From the IMG/VR virus record IMGVR_UViG_3300049437_000037: a stretch of DNA of 38,677 nucleotides, one strand, 5' to 3'. This document shows, piece after piece, positions 7,341-14,134 of the stretch. Source of the stretch: a virus. Position numbers and translations under genes: made by a program. How positions within the stretch are numbered: position 1 is the stretch's first letter; every line of letters starts with the position of its first letter. Below the pieces are notes generated by a model, which was given only the letters and a program-made list of their open reading frames with translations, had not been told where the DNA came from and ran no database searches.

Positions 7341-8925
7341 ACTGTGGTTTCTGGATCAGATCGACGACAACCCGTATCAGCCCCGGCGAGAGTATGCCGG
7401 CATCGAGGCGCTGGCCGAAGACATCCGGGTGAATGGGCTGCTGCAACGGCCGCGCGGTCGCGTCCATCCGGCGGACCCCACGCGCTTGCAGTTGCAGTTC
7501 GGGCACCGGCGCCTGCGGGCGTTCCTGTGGTTGGCCGATCGGTATCCCGATGAGTCGCGTTGGCGGGCGCTGCCGATCGACGTCGACGACATCCCAGATC
7601 GCGTCATGTTCGACCGGGTGATCGCGGAGAACGCGCAGCGCTCCGACCTGAGTGACATCGAGCGGGCGCGCTCGATCCAGCAATACATTGCCGAGTTCCA
7701 CGTGAGCCAGGCCGAGGCGGCGACGGCGTTCAACCTGAAGACGCAGGCGGCCGTCAGCAACCTGTTGCGGCTGCTGAAACTGCCGGCGCCGGTGCAGGAC
7801 CTGGTGCACGAGGGTGTGTTGCCCCAGCGCCTGGCGCGCCAGCTCACGGTGTATGCCAAGGTCGACGAGGCGGGCGCGGTGGAGATGGCCCAGGCCGTGG
7901 CGGGAGCGGTGGATAACAAGGACGAGGCCTGGGAGAGCGAGGCGCGGGCGTTTGCGGATCAGCGGCGGGCGGGCTGGCTGCCGCAGGCTCCATGGAAGCC
8001 GGAGTGGCCCAAAGAGCCGATCCCCATGTCCGTGGAAATACAGGCCCAAGGGTTGGCGGAGATTCGGGCGTGTGTGGGATGCGAGTTCAACGTGGGCCAC
8101 CGTGGGAACGGGTCGTGCCTGTGGAAGCTGTGCTGGGGCCAGAAGTTGGCGATCAAGCTGAAGGATGAGATCGCGGCGGCGGGCAAGAAGCTGGGCGTGG
8201 CGGTGGCGCAGCCGGGTGAGAAGGTGTCGCGGATCTACTCGGGAGGGTGGCAGGAGAAGGACATGCTGCGGGCGGTCCTGAGACTCAAACCGGGCGCGCC
8301 GGGGCATGACAGCCTGCGCGTGTATGGGCTGGAGCGCGAGGCTTACCAGGAGCGGGACCTGTTCGGGAGCGGCTGGGTGGGCCTGGGCACGGTGAACATG
8401 CGGGCGGTCAATGCGGCGTTGCCGAAGAAGGCGGTCGAGAAGGCCGAGCGCAAGGCGGAAGAGCAGAAAGAGAGCTATCAGGATCGGGAAAAGCGCAAGG
8501 AACGGGAGCGCCAGGCGGCGAGAGCGGTGTGTGAGGCGCTGCTGGATCCGGTCGTGGCGCGCCTGGCGGCGCACATTCCGGTCGGTGCGGTCGACCTGCT
8601 GGCCGCCGTGCTGAAGGGGAATGCGTGGCGGGCGATGGACGACTTCGCCGGCACGTATGAGAAGACGCCGCCGGCGCGCCGGCGTGAGCTGCTCGTGCGG
8701 GTGCTGGTGTGTGAGTTGGGTGACTATGACAAGTGGAACCCGAAGGAGAAGGCCGTCCGCGACGGGGCGTGGAAGATCGCCGAGCTGCTCGGTGTGACGT
8801 TGCCGGAGGGGTGGGCCAACGAATCGGGAACGAATAAACGAATGAAGGCGGCGAAGGGCGCGAAGCCGGCGACTCAGGCGGTTGGGGCGGAGAGTTCGCA
8901 GGCCGGCGGGAAGAAGGGGAAGTGA
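7330..8925 (+). CDS. ParB/Spo0J-like N-terminal (ParB nuclease/CTPase fold) domain protein with a long unique C-terminal region
   Basis: 'NPYQPR...IEALAEDIRVNGLLQRP...LQFGHRRLRAF...IAENAQRSDLSDIERA' matches the ParB N-terminal boxes, including the GxRR motif. This is followed by an HTH-like segment 'SQAEAATAFNLKTQAAVSNLLRLLKLP'. A Cys cluster 'CVGCEFNVGHRGNGSCLWKLC' is also present. Confidence 0.8.
   Translation: MEGELWFLDQIDDNPYQPRREYAGIEALAEDIRVNGLLQRPRGRVHPADPTRLQLQFGHRRLRAFLWLADRYPDESRWRALPIDVDDIPDRVMFDRVIAENAQRSDLSDIERARSIQQYIAEFHVSQAEAATAFNLKTQAAVSNLLRLLKLPAPVQDLVHEGVLPQRLARQLTVYAKVDEAGAVEMAQAVAGAVDNKDEAWESEARAFADQRRAGWLPQAPWKPEWPKEPIPMSVEIQAQGLAEIRACVGCEFNVGHRGNGSCLWKLCWGQKLAIKLKDEIAAAGKKLGVAVAQPGEKVSRIYSGGWQEKDMLRAVLRLKPGAPGHDSLRVYGLEREAYQERDLFGSGWVGLGTVNMRAVNAALPKKAVEKAERKAEEQKESYQDREKRKERERQAARAVCEALLDPVVARLAAHIPVGAVDLLAAVLKGNAWRAMDDFAGTYEKTPPARRRELLVRVLVCELGDYDKWNPKEKAVRDGAWKIAELLGVTLPEGWANESGTNKRMKAAKGAKPATQAVGAESSQAGGKKGK
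8820..8843 (+). repeat. CGAAT-periodic element, copy B (inside the 3' end of the ParB-like CDS)
   Basis: ACGAATCGGGAACGAATAAACGAAT. It is identical to copy C except for a 1-nt indel. Confidence 0.7.
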
Positions 8926-8927
8926 GA

Positions 8928-9071
8928 ATGGATTACTACGAGCGGCAGTTCCGCCTGATGCGGGCACAGAACCGTCGGGTGATTCGGCATATAGCTGTTG
9001 CCACAATGGTTTTCGCCGCATCCATACTGATTGTCATCATTGTGGCGCTGGACGTGGCGTCAAGATGGTAG
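8928..9071 (+). CDS. Hypothetical 47-aa tail-anchored membrane peptide
   Basis: Not in the ORF track because it is under 60 aa. AAGGGGA lies upstream of the ATG at 8928. Translation: MDYYERQFRLMRAQNRRVIRHIAVATMVFAASILIVIIVALDVASRW. Confidence 0.45.
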   Translation: MDYYERQFRLMRAQNRRVIRHIAVATMVFAASILIVIIVALDVASRW

Positions 9072-9328
9072 TGCAGATGCCGGTCAGGCACGCAGTCAGA
9101 TGGGCGCGGCGCAAACTACAACGTACCTACAGCATGGATTGGACGCGCTGGCACATCACGGATGATGCGTGCGTGACGCTGTGCGGAGTCCATATCGGCA
9201 TAGCACTTGCCGGGAGGTTTCTGCCTGAATCTGACGACGAATGGCAGTGCGTGGCGACCTGCAGGCGATGTAGGGATGCGGCACAAATGCCGGATAGCGC
9301 AAGGGAGAACCAACATGGGCAAGGTTGA
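9065..9328 (+). CDS. Hypothetical Cys-rich small protein (possible zinc-binding)
   Basis: Internal ATG of ORF 8882..9328. Cys patterns 'CVTLC' and 'CVATCRRC' are present. Confidence 0.4.
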   Translation: MVVQMPVRHAVRWARRKLQRTYSMDWTRWHITDDACVTLCGVHIGIALAGRFLPESDDEWQCVATCRRCRDAAQMPDSARENQHGQG

Positions 9329-9632
9329 CAAGATGGTGGACCGCGCGAATGCCGTAATTGCCAGCGCGCCGGCTGGGACTGATGCCAGTCAGATGGCGGA
9401 CGACCTGCTGGAGTTGGCCGGGATGTATCAACTGGCGCTTGAGGTTCCCGCGCGCACGTTGGGCAAGCTGGCGATCCGCATTCAACGCCTTGAGACGTTG
9501 CTGCAACTGTGCCAGCCGTACCTGTCCGTCGCGCCGGTAATTGAGCGCCAAGTGAGCAATGCGCTGAACATGGTCCGCGAGGTCACACAAACAACCGGTT
9601 TTGCAGTGGATGGGAGGGAACATGGGGAGTGA
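9315..9632 (+). CDS. Hypothetical protein (helical)
   Basis: AGGGAGA lies upstream of the ATG at 9315. 105 aa. Confidence 0.55.
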   Translation: MGKVDKMVDRANAVIASAPAGTDASQMADDLLELAGMYQLALEVPARTLGKLAIRIQRLETLLQLCQPYLSVAPVIERQVSNALNMVREVTQTTGFAVDGREHGE

Positions 9633-10239
9633 CCCAACGCAGGCCCCTGCGACAGGGATCACCGTCGCGTGGCTGTGCCTGACGTGCCACCAGACGGCGG
9701 AGAACGCGATGACGCCGGCGCAGATGCTCCAGCACATGCAAGAGGTGCACACCTACGCGCGCGAGAAGCTGCACGGCACGAAGCAGCTATTTCAGGCCAT
9801 GGATGGGCCTGGCTGGGGCGCAATGGTCTACGAGTGGCACGTGGGCGGCCCCGAGGGCGGTCCCGAGAGCGGCGTGGTGTTGCATCAGTCGATCCGGACC
9901 GAGAAGGGCCGGACGAAGGCGCCGGCGAAGGCGCCGGCGAAGGTGGCACCCAAGAAGGGCGCATTGGTGGACGTGATCGCCGCCTTGATGAAGAGCCCGA
10001 AGCCGGTGGTGTATCCGCTCAAGGGTGGCCTGGTGTTGACCTACCGGCCAGGCGCAACGTTCGCGGCCGGCCGGCGTGACGTGTATCCGAGCGATAAGGA
10101 GATCGAGGTCCTGGTGCGGGATGCGCAGGCGGCCGGGCTGTCGCTGAAGGCGGAGCCGGCGCGGCGCGAGGTGCCGATGGCGGATGGGACGGCCGTATGG
10201 CGCATCGTCCAGTGGCAGGTGGAGACGGTGAAGCTGTGA
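9622..10239 (+). CDS. Hypothetical protein with an N-terminal C2H2-like pattern and a Lys/Ala/Pro-rich linker
   Basis: GGGAGGGAA lies upstream of the ATG at 9622. Patterns seen: 'CLTCHQ...QHMQEVH' and 'KAPAKAPAKVAPKK'. Confidence 0.55.
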   Translation: MGSDPTQAPATGITVAWLCLTCHQTAENAMTPAQMLQHMQEVHTYAREKLHGTKQLFQAMDGPGWGAMVYEWHVGGPEGGPESGVVLHQSIRTEKGRTKAPAKAPAKVAPKKGALVDVIAALMKSPKPVVYPLKGGLVLTYRPGATFAAGRRDVYPSDKEIEVLVRDAQAAGLSLKAEPARREVPMADGTAVWRIVQWQVETVKL

Positions 10240-10323
10240 GGGAACGGGAATCGCCCAGCGCATGTCCGGGCGATCCCGCCAACGTGAGGTCCATCACTTT
10301 GGCAGAGTGAGTGTAGCACCAGG

Positions 10324-10914
10324 ATGGAAAACGAACCGGGCAACGCACAGGTAGAGGTCGATCAAGGCGCCGGGCGAGACGCCGAGGCGCGCGCCGAGCG
10401 CGACGCCCAGCGCGCGGCCGGCATCGCGGAGGCGCTGCGCGATCTGGCCGCTGTAGTGGTCGAGATCGTCAAAGACCTGGTGTACATCGTGGTCCGGTTG
10501 CTGCCTTATGCGGTGCGCGGGGCGTGTGTGGCGCTGCCGGTACTCGCCCTGGCAACGTCATTTCAGCCGGTGTGGGATGCGTTCGGCAATGACGTGCCGG
10601 CGCTGTTGCCCACGGTGGTCTTTTTGCTGCTGCCGACCGTCTATGTGATCGAGCAGCGGCCGAGCTGGGGCGGCCTGGCCGGCGCGGGCGTGCTGATCCT
10701 GGTGATCGGCGCCGTGCTGCCTGCCGTGGGCATATTTCGGTATCTGCTGGTGGTGGCCGTCATCGCCGGCGTAGTGATCAGTAGTCTTTTTCAGAAACGT
10801 GAGGTCCAAGATGAAACAGGGTTCGAGCATTCTCATATGGTTGATCGCGATCGGTCTGTTGATCTTCACCGGGTTCCGGTCGATTCACCTGGTGCAGTCG
10901 ACGTTGCCGGGTGA
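10324..10914 (+). CDS. Polytopic membrane protein (about 4 TM helices)
   Basis: 196-aa ORF with several long hydrophobic helices. The last ~104 nt overlap the next gene and have poor GC3 in this frame. Confidence 0.55.
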   Translation: MENEPGNAQVEVDQGAGRDAEARAERDAQRAAGIAEALRDLAAVVVEIVKDLVYIVVRLLPYAVRGACVALPVLALATSFQPVWDAFGNDVPALLPTVVFLLLPTVYVIEQRPSWGGLAGAGVLILVIGAVLPAVGIFRYLLVVAVIAGVVISSLFQKREVQDETGFEHSHMVDRDRSVDLHRVPVDSPGAVDVAG

Positions 10915-11521
10915 CGCGCAGGTGCTGGGGTTCGCCGCGTTGGCGGCCCTGGACTTCGGCGTGCTTGGTTGGACGTTCTACGCCAATGGTGGCGCACGGG
11001 GGTCGCAGCGCATGGTCGCGATTCTGATGGTGATCGTGGACATGGCGGGCGTGGCCGCGGCGGTGATCGCCGACACGTTGCTGGTCTCGACCGGCGACCA
11101 GTATGGCAGCCTGGTGACGACGGTGGCGGCGTGGATCCTGCCCATTGTCGTGGTGGCGAATGTGGCGGCGACGATCTCCACCAAGTTGATGGATCCGGAC
11201 GTTCTATTGGCCAATGCCAAGCGCGAGGTATCGGACAGTCTGGAACTGGGCACCATCAATCACCTGCGCCAGAATCAGCAGCAGATCGCTGCGCGGGCAA
11301 TGCCGGAGGCCGCGCAGCATGTCGAGGATGAGCTGGTGAGCGGGTTCCGGGGCCGGATGATGGGCGCCAGAGGCAGCACGCCCGCGCCGGCCACGCTGAA
11401 TGGTCACCAGGGACCGGTTACTCTGGGCAAGGATGTTGATGGCCCGGAGACGGTCATCCGGGTGTCACGGCCCAAGCGCAGAGCGATTTCGGACAGTGTG
11501 GACGACGACCCAAACGCGTAA
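10811..11521 (+). CDS. Polytopic membrane protein (about 4 TM helices) with a soluble C-terminal domain
   Basis: GAGG lies upstream of the ATG at 10811. GC3 is high from the start. Four hydrophobic helices are followed by a polar tail. Confidence 0.65.
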   Translation: MKQGSSILIWLIAIGLLIFTGFRSIHLVQSTLPGDAQVLGFAALAALDFGVLGWTFYANGGARGSQRMVAILMVIVDMAGVAAAVIADTLLVSTGDQYGSLVTTVAAWILPIVVVANVAATISTKLMDPDVLLANAKREVSDSLELGTINHLRQNQQQIAARAMPEAAQHVEDELVSGFRGRMMGARGSTPAPATLNGHQGPVTLGKDVDGPETVIRVSRPKRRAISDSVDDDPNA

Positions 11522-11537
11522 CCGCCGAGCCGGTTCT

Positions 11538-11756
11538 GGTGTTGCCCACTATCGCGCCGGTCAAGGCTAGTGGGCAACACCAGGCTTTGCCGACTGCCGG
11601 CAGTGCCGGTGCCGGTGGTGCCACCGGTGGCAGTAGTGGGCAGAGCGGCCCGTCTGGCCAGGATCGCGCTGAGTCCCCGGCGACGAGTTTGCCCACTACA
11701 TCTGCCGTTGTGCCCACTATTGCCAGTAGTGGGCAAGCTGAACGGCTAGTGGGCAA
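11538..11756. repeat. Iteron cluster 1: seven copies of TAGTGGGCAA or its complement TTGCCCACTA
   Basis: Perfect copies at 11542-11551(-), 11568-11577(+), 11689-11698(-), 11727-11736(+) and 11747-11756(+). 9/10 copies at 11634-11643(+) and 11710-11719(-). A 14-bp perfect inverted repeat pairs 11538-11551 with 11568-11581. Confidence 0.9.
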
Positions 11757-12036
11757 AGGGGGTTGGCGCGAGTATCGGAACACAGGTGGCCGGCTACGGT
11801 GGGCGATTGACCGGGAGTGGATCAAAGCGGGCGGTAGGTGGGCGAAGCAGGGACATAACCGGCGCGACCTGCCGCCGATGACGGAGGATGAATATGAGTC
11901 GTGGAAACAGTCGCGCGCGGTCGCGCGGGCAGACGCGAGGGAGCGACGCAGCGGAGGCGGCTCCGGCGGAGGTGGCACCGGTGCCGGCACCAGTGCCAGA
12001 TCGGCTGCAGGAGTTCGCCAAGTGGCTGTTGGCTGA
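11539..12036 (+). CDS. Uncertain ORF; the 5' third coincides with the iteron array, while the region from about 11760 to 11950 looks coding
   Basis: GTG start with no SD. GC3 is low across the iteron part and high from about 11761 ('GWREYRNTGGRLRWAIDREWIK...'). The true start is unknown. Confidence 0.3.
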   Translation: MLPTIAPVKASGQHQALPTAGSAGAGGATGGSSGQSGPSGQDRAESPATSLPTTSAVVPTIASSGQAERLVGKGGWREYRNTGGRLRWAIDREWIKAGGRWAKQGHNRRDLPPMTEDEYESWKQSRAVARADARERRSGGGSGGGGTGAGTSARSAAGVRQVAVG

Positions 12037-12277
12037 TCAGCGCGTGATCGAGGTGTGGGGCGCGCAGGCCGCCCGCGTGGCGCGCTTCGAGTGTGTAGCT
12101 GACGAGGCCCAGTCTCTGGAACTGGATTCCGGGGATTGGTTCCTGGTGCGTGTGTCTGGTTTGCCCACTACACCAGAGCCGGGCGGCATCATCCGGTTCC
12201 GACGCCTGGCAGAGGTCCGGGCAGTGGTCCAGTCAGCGGCCACGACTACAGCAGATGTTGGGCCGGGGCCGGCGTAG
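11888..12277 (+). CDS. Hypothetical protein flanked by the two iteron clusters
   Basis: GGAGGA lies upstream of ATGAATATG. GC3 is high. 129 aa. Confidence 0.6.
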   Translation: MNMSRGNSRARSRGQTRGSDAAEAAPAEVAPVPAPVPDRLQEFAKWLLADQRVIEVWGAQAARVARFECVADEAQSLELDSGDWFLVRVSGLPTTPEPGGIIRFRRLAEVRAVVQSAATTTADVGPGPA

Positions 12278-12314
12278 TGGGCAAAGGGTAGTGGGCAAAC
12301 CCGCTTGCCCACTA
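12161..12314. repeat. Iteron cluster 2: four perfect copies of TAGTGGGCAA / TTGCCCACTA
   Basis: Copies at 12161-12170(-), 12275-12284(+), 12289-12298(+) and 12305-12314(-). The last two form an inverted pair with a 6-nt spacer. Confidence 0.9.
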
Positions 12315-12376
12315 TGCGAGCCGGAACCTGGTTCCCGAACCTGGTTCCGGCCTGTCAGTCCCGGCGCACAACGCCA

Positions 12377-12405
12377 TTGACAGATGAAAACGTCTGTTCT
12401 ACTAT
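12377..12405 (+). promoter_or_regulatory. Near-consensus sigma70-type promoter driving a leaderless transcript
   Basis: TTGACA (12377-12382), 17 nt, TACTAT (12400-12405). The predicted +1 at about 12412 abuts the ATG at 12413, and there is no SD. Confidence 0.65.
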
Positions 12406-12412
12406 CCACGTG

Positions 12413-12664
12413 ATGGCTTCACATGGTGGCGACGTCAAAAACGATGGTGATGACGCTGACGTAGCGGTGTTCGCTCTGGAGATACAGCCCGAGACGTTAC
12501 AGCAGAAGCAGGCTGCGGAGTTCGTGATCGCAACCCTGAAGAAGCTGGCGCTGATCGGGCTGAACCGGAACTGCCAATTGCAGATCGACTGCCAGAACAG
12601 GAGCGTGCAGATCCGGGTGCGCGACGTGTACGTTCAGGGTGCGACGCTGCCGCACGTCACCTGA
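12413..12664 (+). CDS. Hypothetical 83-aa protein (moron gene 1, apparently leaderless)
   Basis: Internal ATG of ORF 12305..12664, located 7 nt after the -10 box. The region is visibly more AT-rich than its surroundings. Confidence 0.55.
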   Translation: MASHGGDVKNDGDDADVAVFALEIQPETLQQKQAAEFVIATLKKLALIGLNRNCQLQIDCQNRSVQIRVRDVYVQGATLPHVT

Positions 12665-12754
12665 CGCGTCACGTGATTTTCGGCCTGATATAGAATCTCC
12701 CTTGTCAAGCTCATTTGGCCGAACCGCTCGCACACTGGGCACACTGGAGTCATC

Positions 12755-13585
12755 ATGCAAGCCGTCAAACGCACGTGGGGTAGGGGAGTCAGAGGTAAGT
12801 TTCTCGTTGGCTGCGCCACACTGTTAGCCGGCAGTTGCCTGCTCAGTATCCCTATCGCGATCTTTTCGCCCAAGTCAACCCCGCGATCGACACCGGTCAG
12901 CCAGGCGCAGGTCATCCAGGTGACCATTTTGGTCACTCAGCCCCCAACGGTCGTGCCTTCACCCACCGTTCCGCCTACACCCGTGCCGACTGCCACGCCG
13001 GAACCCACAGCCACGCCGGCGCCGACCGAGACGCCGATCGCGCCGGTGGTGATGGAAGGCTCAGGCAGCGATGTGCTCGACCTGCCGGTCTTGGGGTTGA
13101 GCATTGTGCGGATCCAGGGCAACCAGGGCGGGCAGTACTTCGGCGTGGAGAGTTTCGACGCGTCCGGCGAGCATATCGACCTGCTCGTCAACACGTCGGC
13201 CCCGTATAACGGCGTGCGGCCGCTGAACTTCACCGTGAAAGTCGCGCGCCGGCTGCAGGTCAAAGCGTCGGGAAGTTGGCGCATCGAGATCGTGCCGTTG
13301 AGGGAAGCTCGGCGCATGACGGTGCCGGGCGCGGTCGAAGGCGATGGCGACGACGTGGTGATCGTCGGCTCCTCGGATGGGCCGAAGCCTGACACGGCGA
13401 CCATCGTGGGCAACGACAACGCCCGGTACTTCGGCGTGTTCGCATGGGGAGATCAGTTTTACGACCTGCTGGTCAACACCAGCGATCCGTATAGTGGGAA
13501 GGTCATCCTGAAGGCGGGCATGGCGGTGTTCGAAGTTCGGGCCGAGGGGCCGTGGTCGATCACTGTTGCGGCGCGATCCGGTTAA
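12755..13585 (+). CDS. Secreted or membrane-anchored protein with a Pro/Thr-rich linker and two tandem homologous beta-rich domains (moron gene 2)
   Basis: GGAG lies upstream of the ATG. The N-terminal hydrophobic segment is 'FLVGCATLLAGSCLLSIPIAIF'. The linker is 'PPTVVPSPTVPPTPVPTATPEPTATPAPTETP'. Shared motifs between the two domains are 'YFGV...DLLVNTS.PY.G' and 'A.G.W.I'. Confidence 0.7.
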   Translation: MQAVKRTWGRGVRGKFLVGCATLLAGSCLLSIPIAIFSPKSTPRSTPVSQAQVIQVTILVTQPPTVVPSPTVPPTPVPTATPEPTATPAPTETPIAPVVMEGSGSDVLDLPVLGLSIVRIQGNQGGQYFGVESFDASGEHIDLLVNTSAPYNGVRPLNFTVKVARRLQVKASGSWRIEIVPLREARRMTVPGAVEGDGDDVVIVGSSDGPKPDTATIVGNDNARYFGVFAWGDQFYDLLVNTSDPYSGKVILKAGMAVFEVRAEGPWSITVAARSG

Positions 13586-13661
13586 GTGATGTACAATCCC
13601 GCGTAACAAGCCCTGACAAGCCCTGCCGGGCATATATCGGCTGATCCGTTCTGAACTGAAC

Positions 13662-13699
13662 GCGGCCACACTCAAACGAGTGTGGCCGCTTTTGTTTTT
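13662..13699 (+). terminator. Rho-independent terminator
   Basis: An 11-bp perfect GC-rich stem, GCGGCCACACT (13662-13672) paired with AGTGTGGCCGC (13679-13689), with a 6-nt loop, followed by TTTTGTTTTT. Confidence 0.85.
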
Positions 13700-13712
13700 C
13701 TCAGAGGTGAAC

Positions 13713-14132
13713 ATGGTCGCAGTCATCGAATGGCTCAAGGCAGTGTTGCTCCTGGTCTGGAGCTATGACGGCGTCAAGGTGATCGTGATCGGCGTGCTGC
13801 TCAACGTGGTGCTGGCCGTGGCCGTGGCCATTCGCACCGGCACGTTCTCCTTCCAGGTCCTCGGCGAGTTCCTCACAAGACAACTGATGCCCTACGTGAT
13901 CGTTTACTTTGCCTTCAAATTGTTTGGCGAGGGTATCGGCATGGAGGGGGTCAGCCTGGCCGTGTGGGGGCTGATCGCAGCGATGATCGCCAGCTCGATT
14001 GTCGAGAAGTTGAGCGAGCTGGGCGTGCCAATTCCCGAGGGGGTGATGCGCATGGTTCGCCGGCCGCAGCGCATTGTGGAGTTCAGGCGGATCGACTCAC
14101 CGGCAGTAGCGCGAGCGGAGGTCATTCACTAA
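13713..14132 (+). CDS. Holin (Phage_holin_4_1 / TcdE-like family)
   Basis: GAGGTG lies upstream of the ATG at 13713. There are 3-4 TM helices. The C-terminal 'SSIVEKLSELGVPIPEGV' resembles the family signature '..SILEN..K.GLPVP..L'. Confidence 0.7.
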   Translation: MVAVIEWLKAVLLLVWSYDGVKVIVIGVLLNVVLAVAVAIRTGTFSFQVLGEFLTRQLMPYVIVYFAFKLFGEGIGMEGVSLAVWGLIAAMIASSIVEKLSELGVPIPEGVMRMVRRPQRIVEFRRIDSPAVARAEVIH

Positions 14133-14134
14133 GC

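Noticed and set aside
7216-9021. 601-aa minus-strand ORF antisense to the ParB-like gene. Similar long antisense ORFs occur at 6008..7261, 14353..15582, 19308..20396, 21845..22966, 27899..28924, 30488..31708 and 33537..34310.
   Set aside because: These are typical stop-codon-poor shadow frames of GC-rich coding DNA. Their translations are Arg/Pro/Ala/Gly-rich and low-complexity, with no motifs. Each lies fully opposite a plus-strand gene that has clear homology-type motifs and SD sites.
11538-12314. Interpreting the repeat cluster as a CRISPR array.
   Set aside because: The repeat unit is only 10 bp. It occurs in both orientations at irregular spacings from 4 nt to about 400 nt. There are no uniform spacers and no cas genes.
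13964-14134. The upstream part of ORF 13964..14647, overlapping the holin gene.
   Set aside because: It is out of frame with the well-supported holin and has poor composition. The ATG at 14135, directly after the holin stop, gives a sensible TM-first protein.
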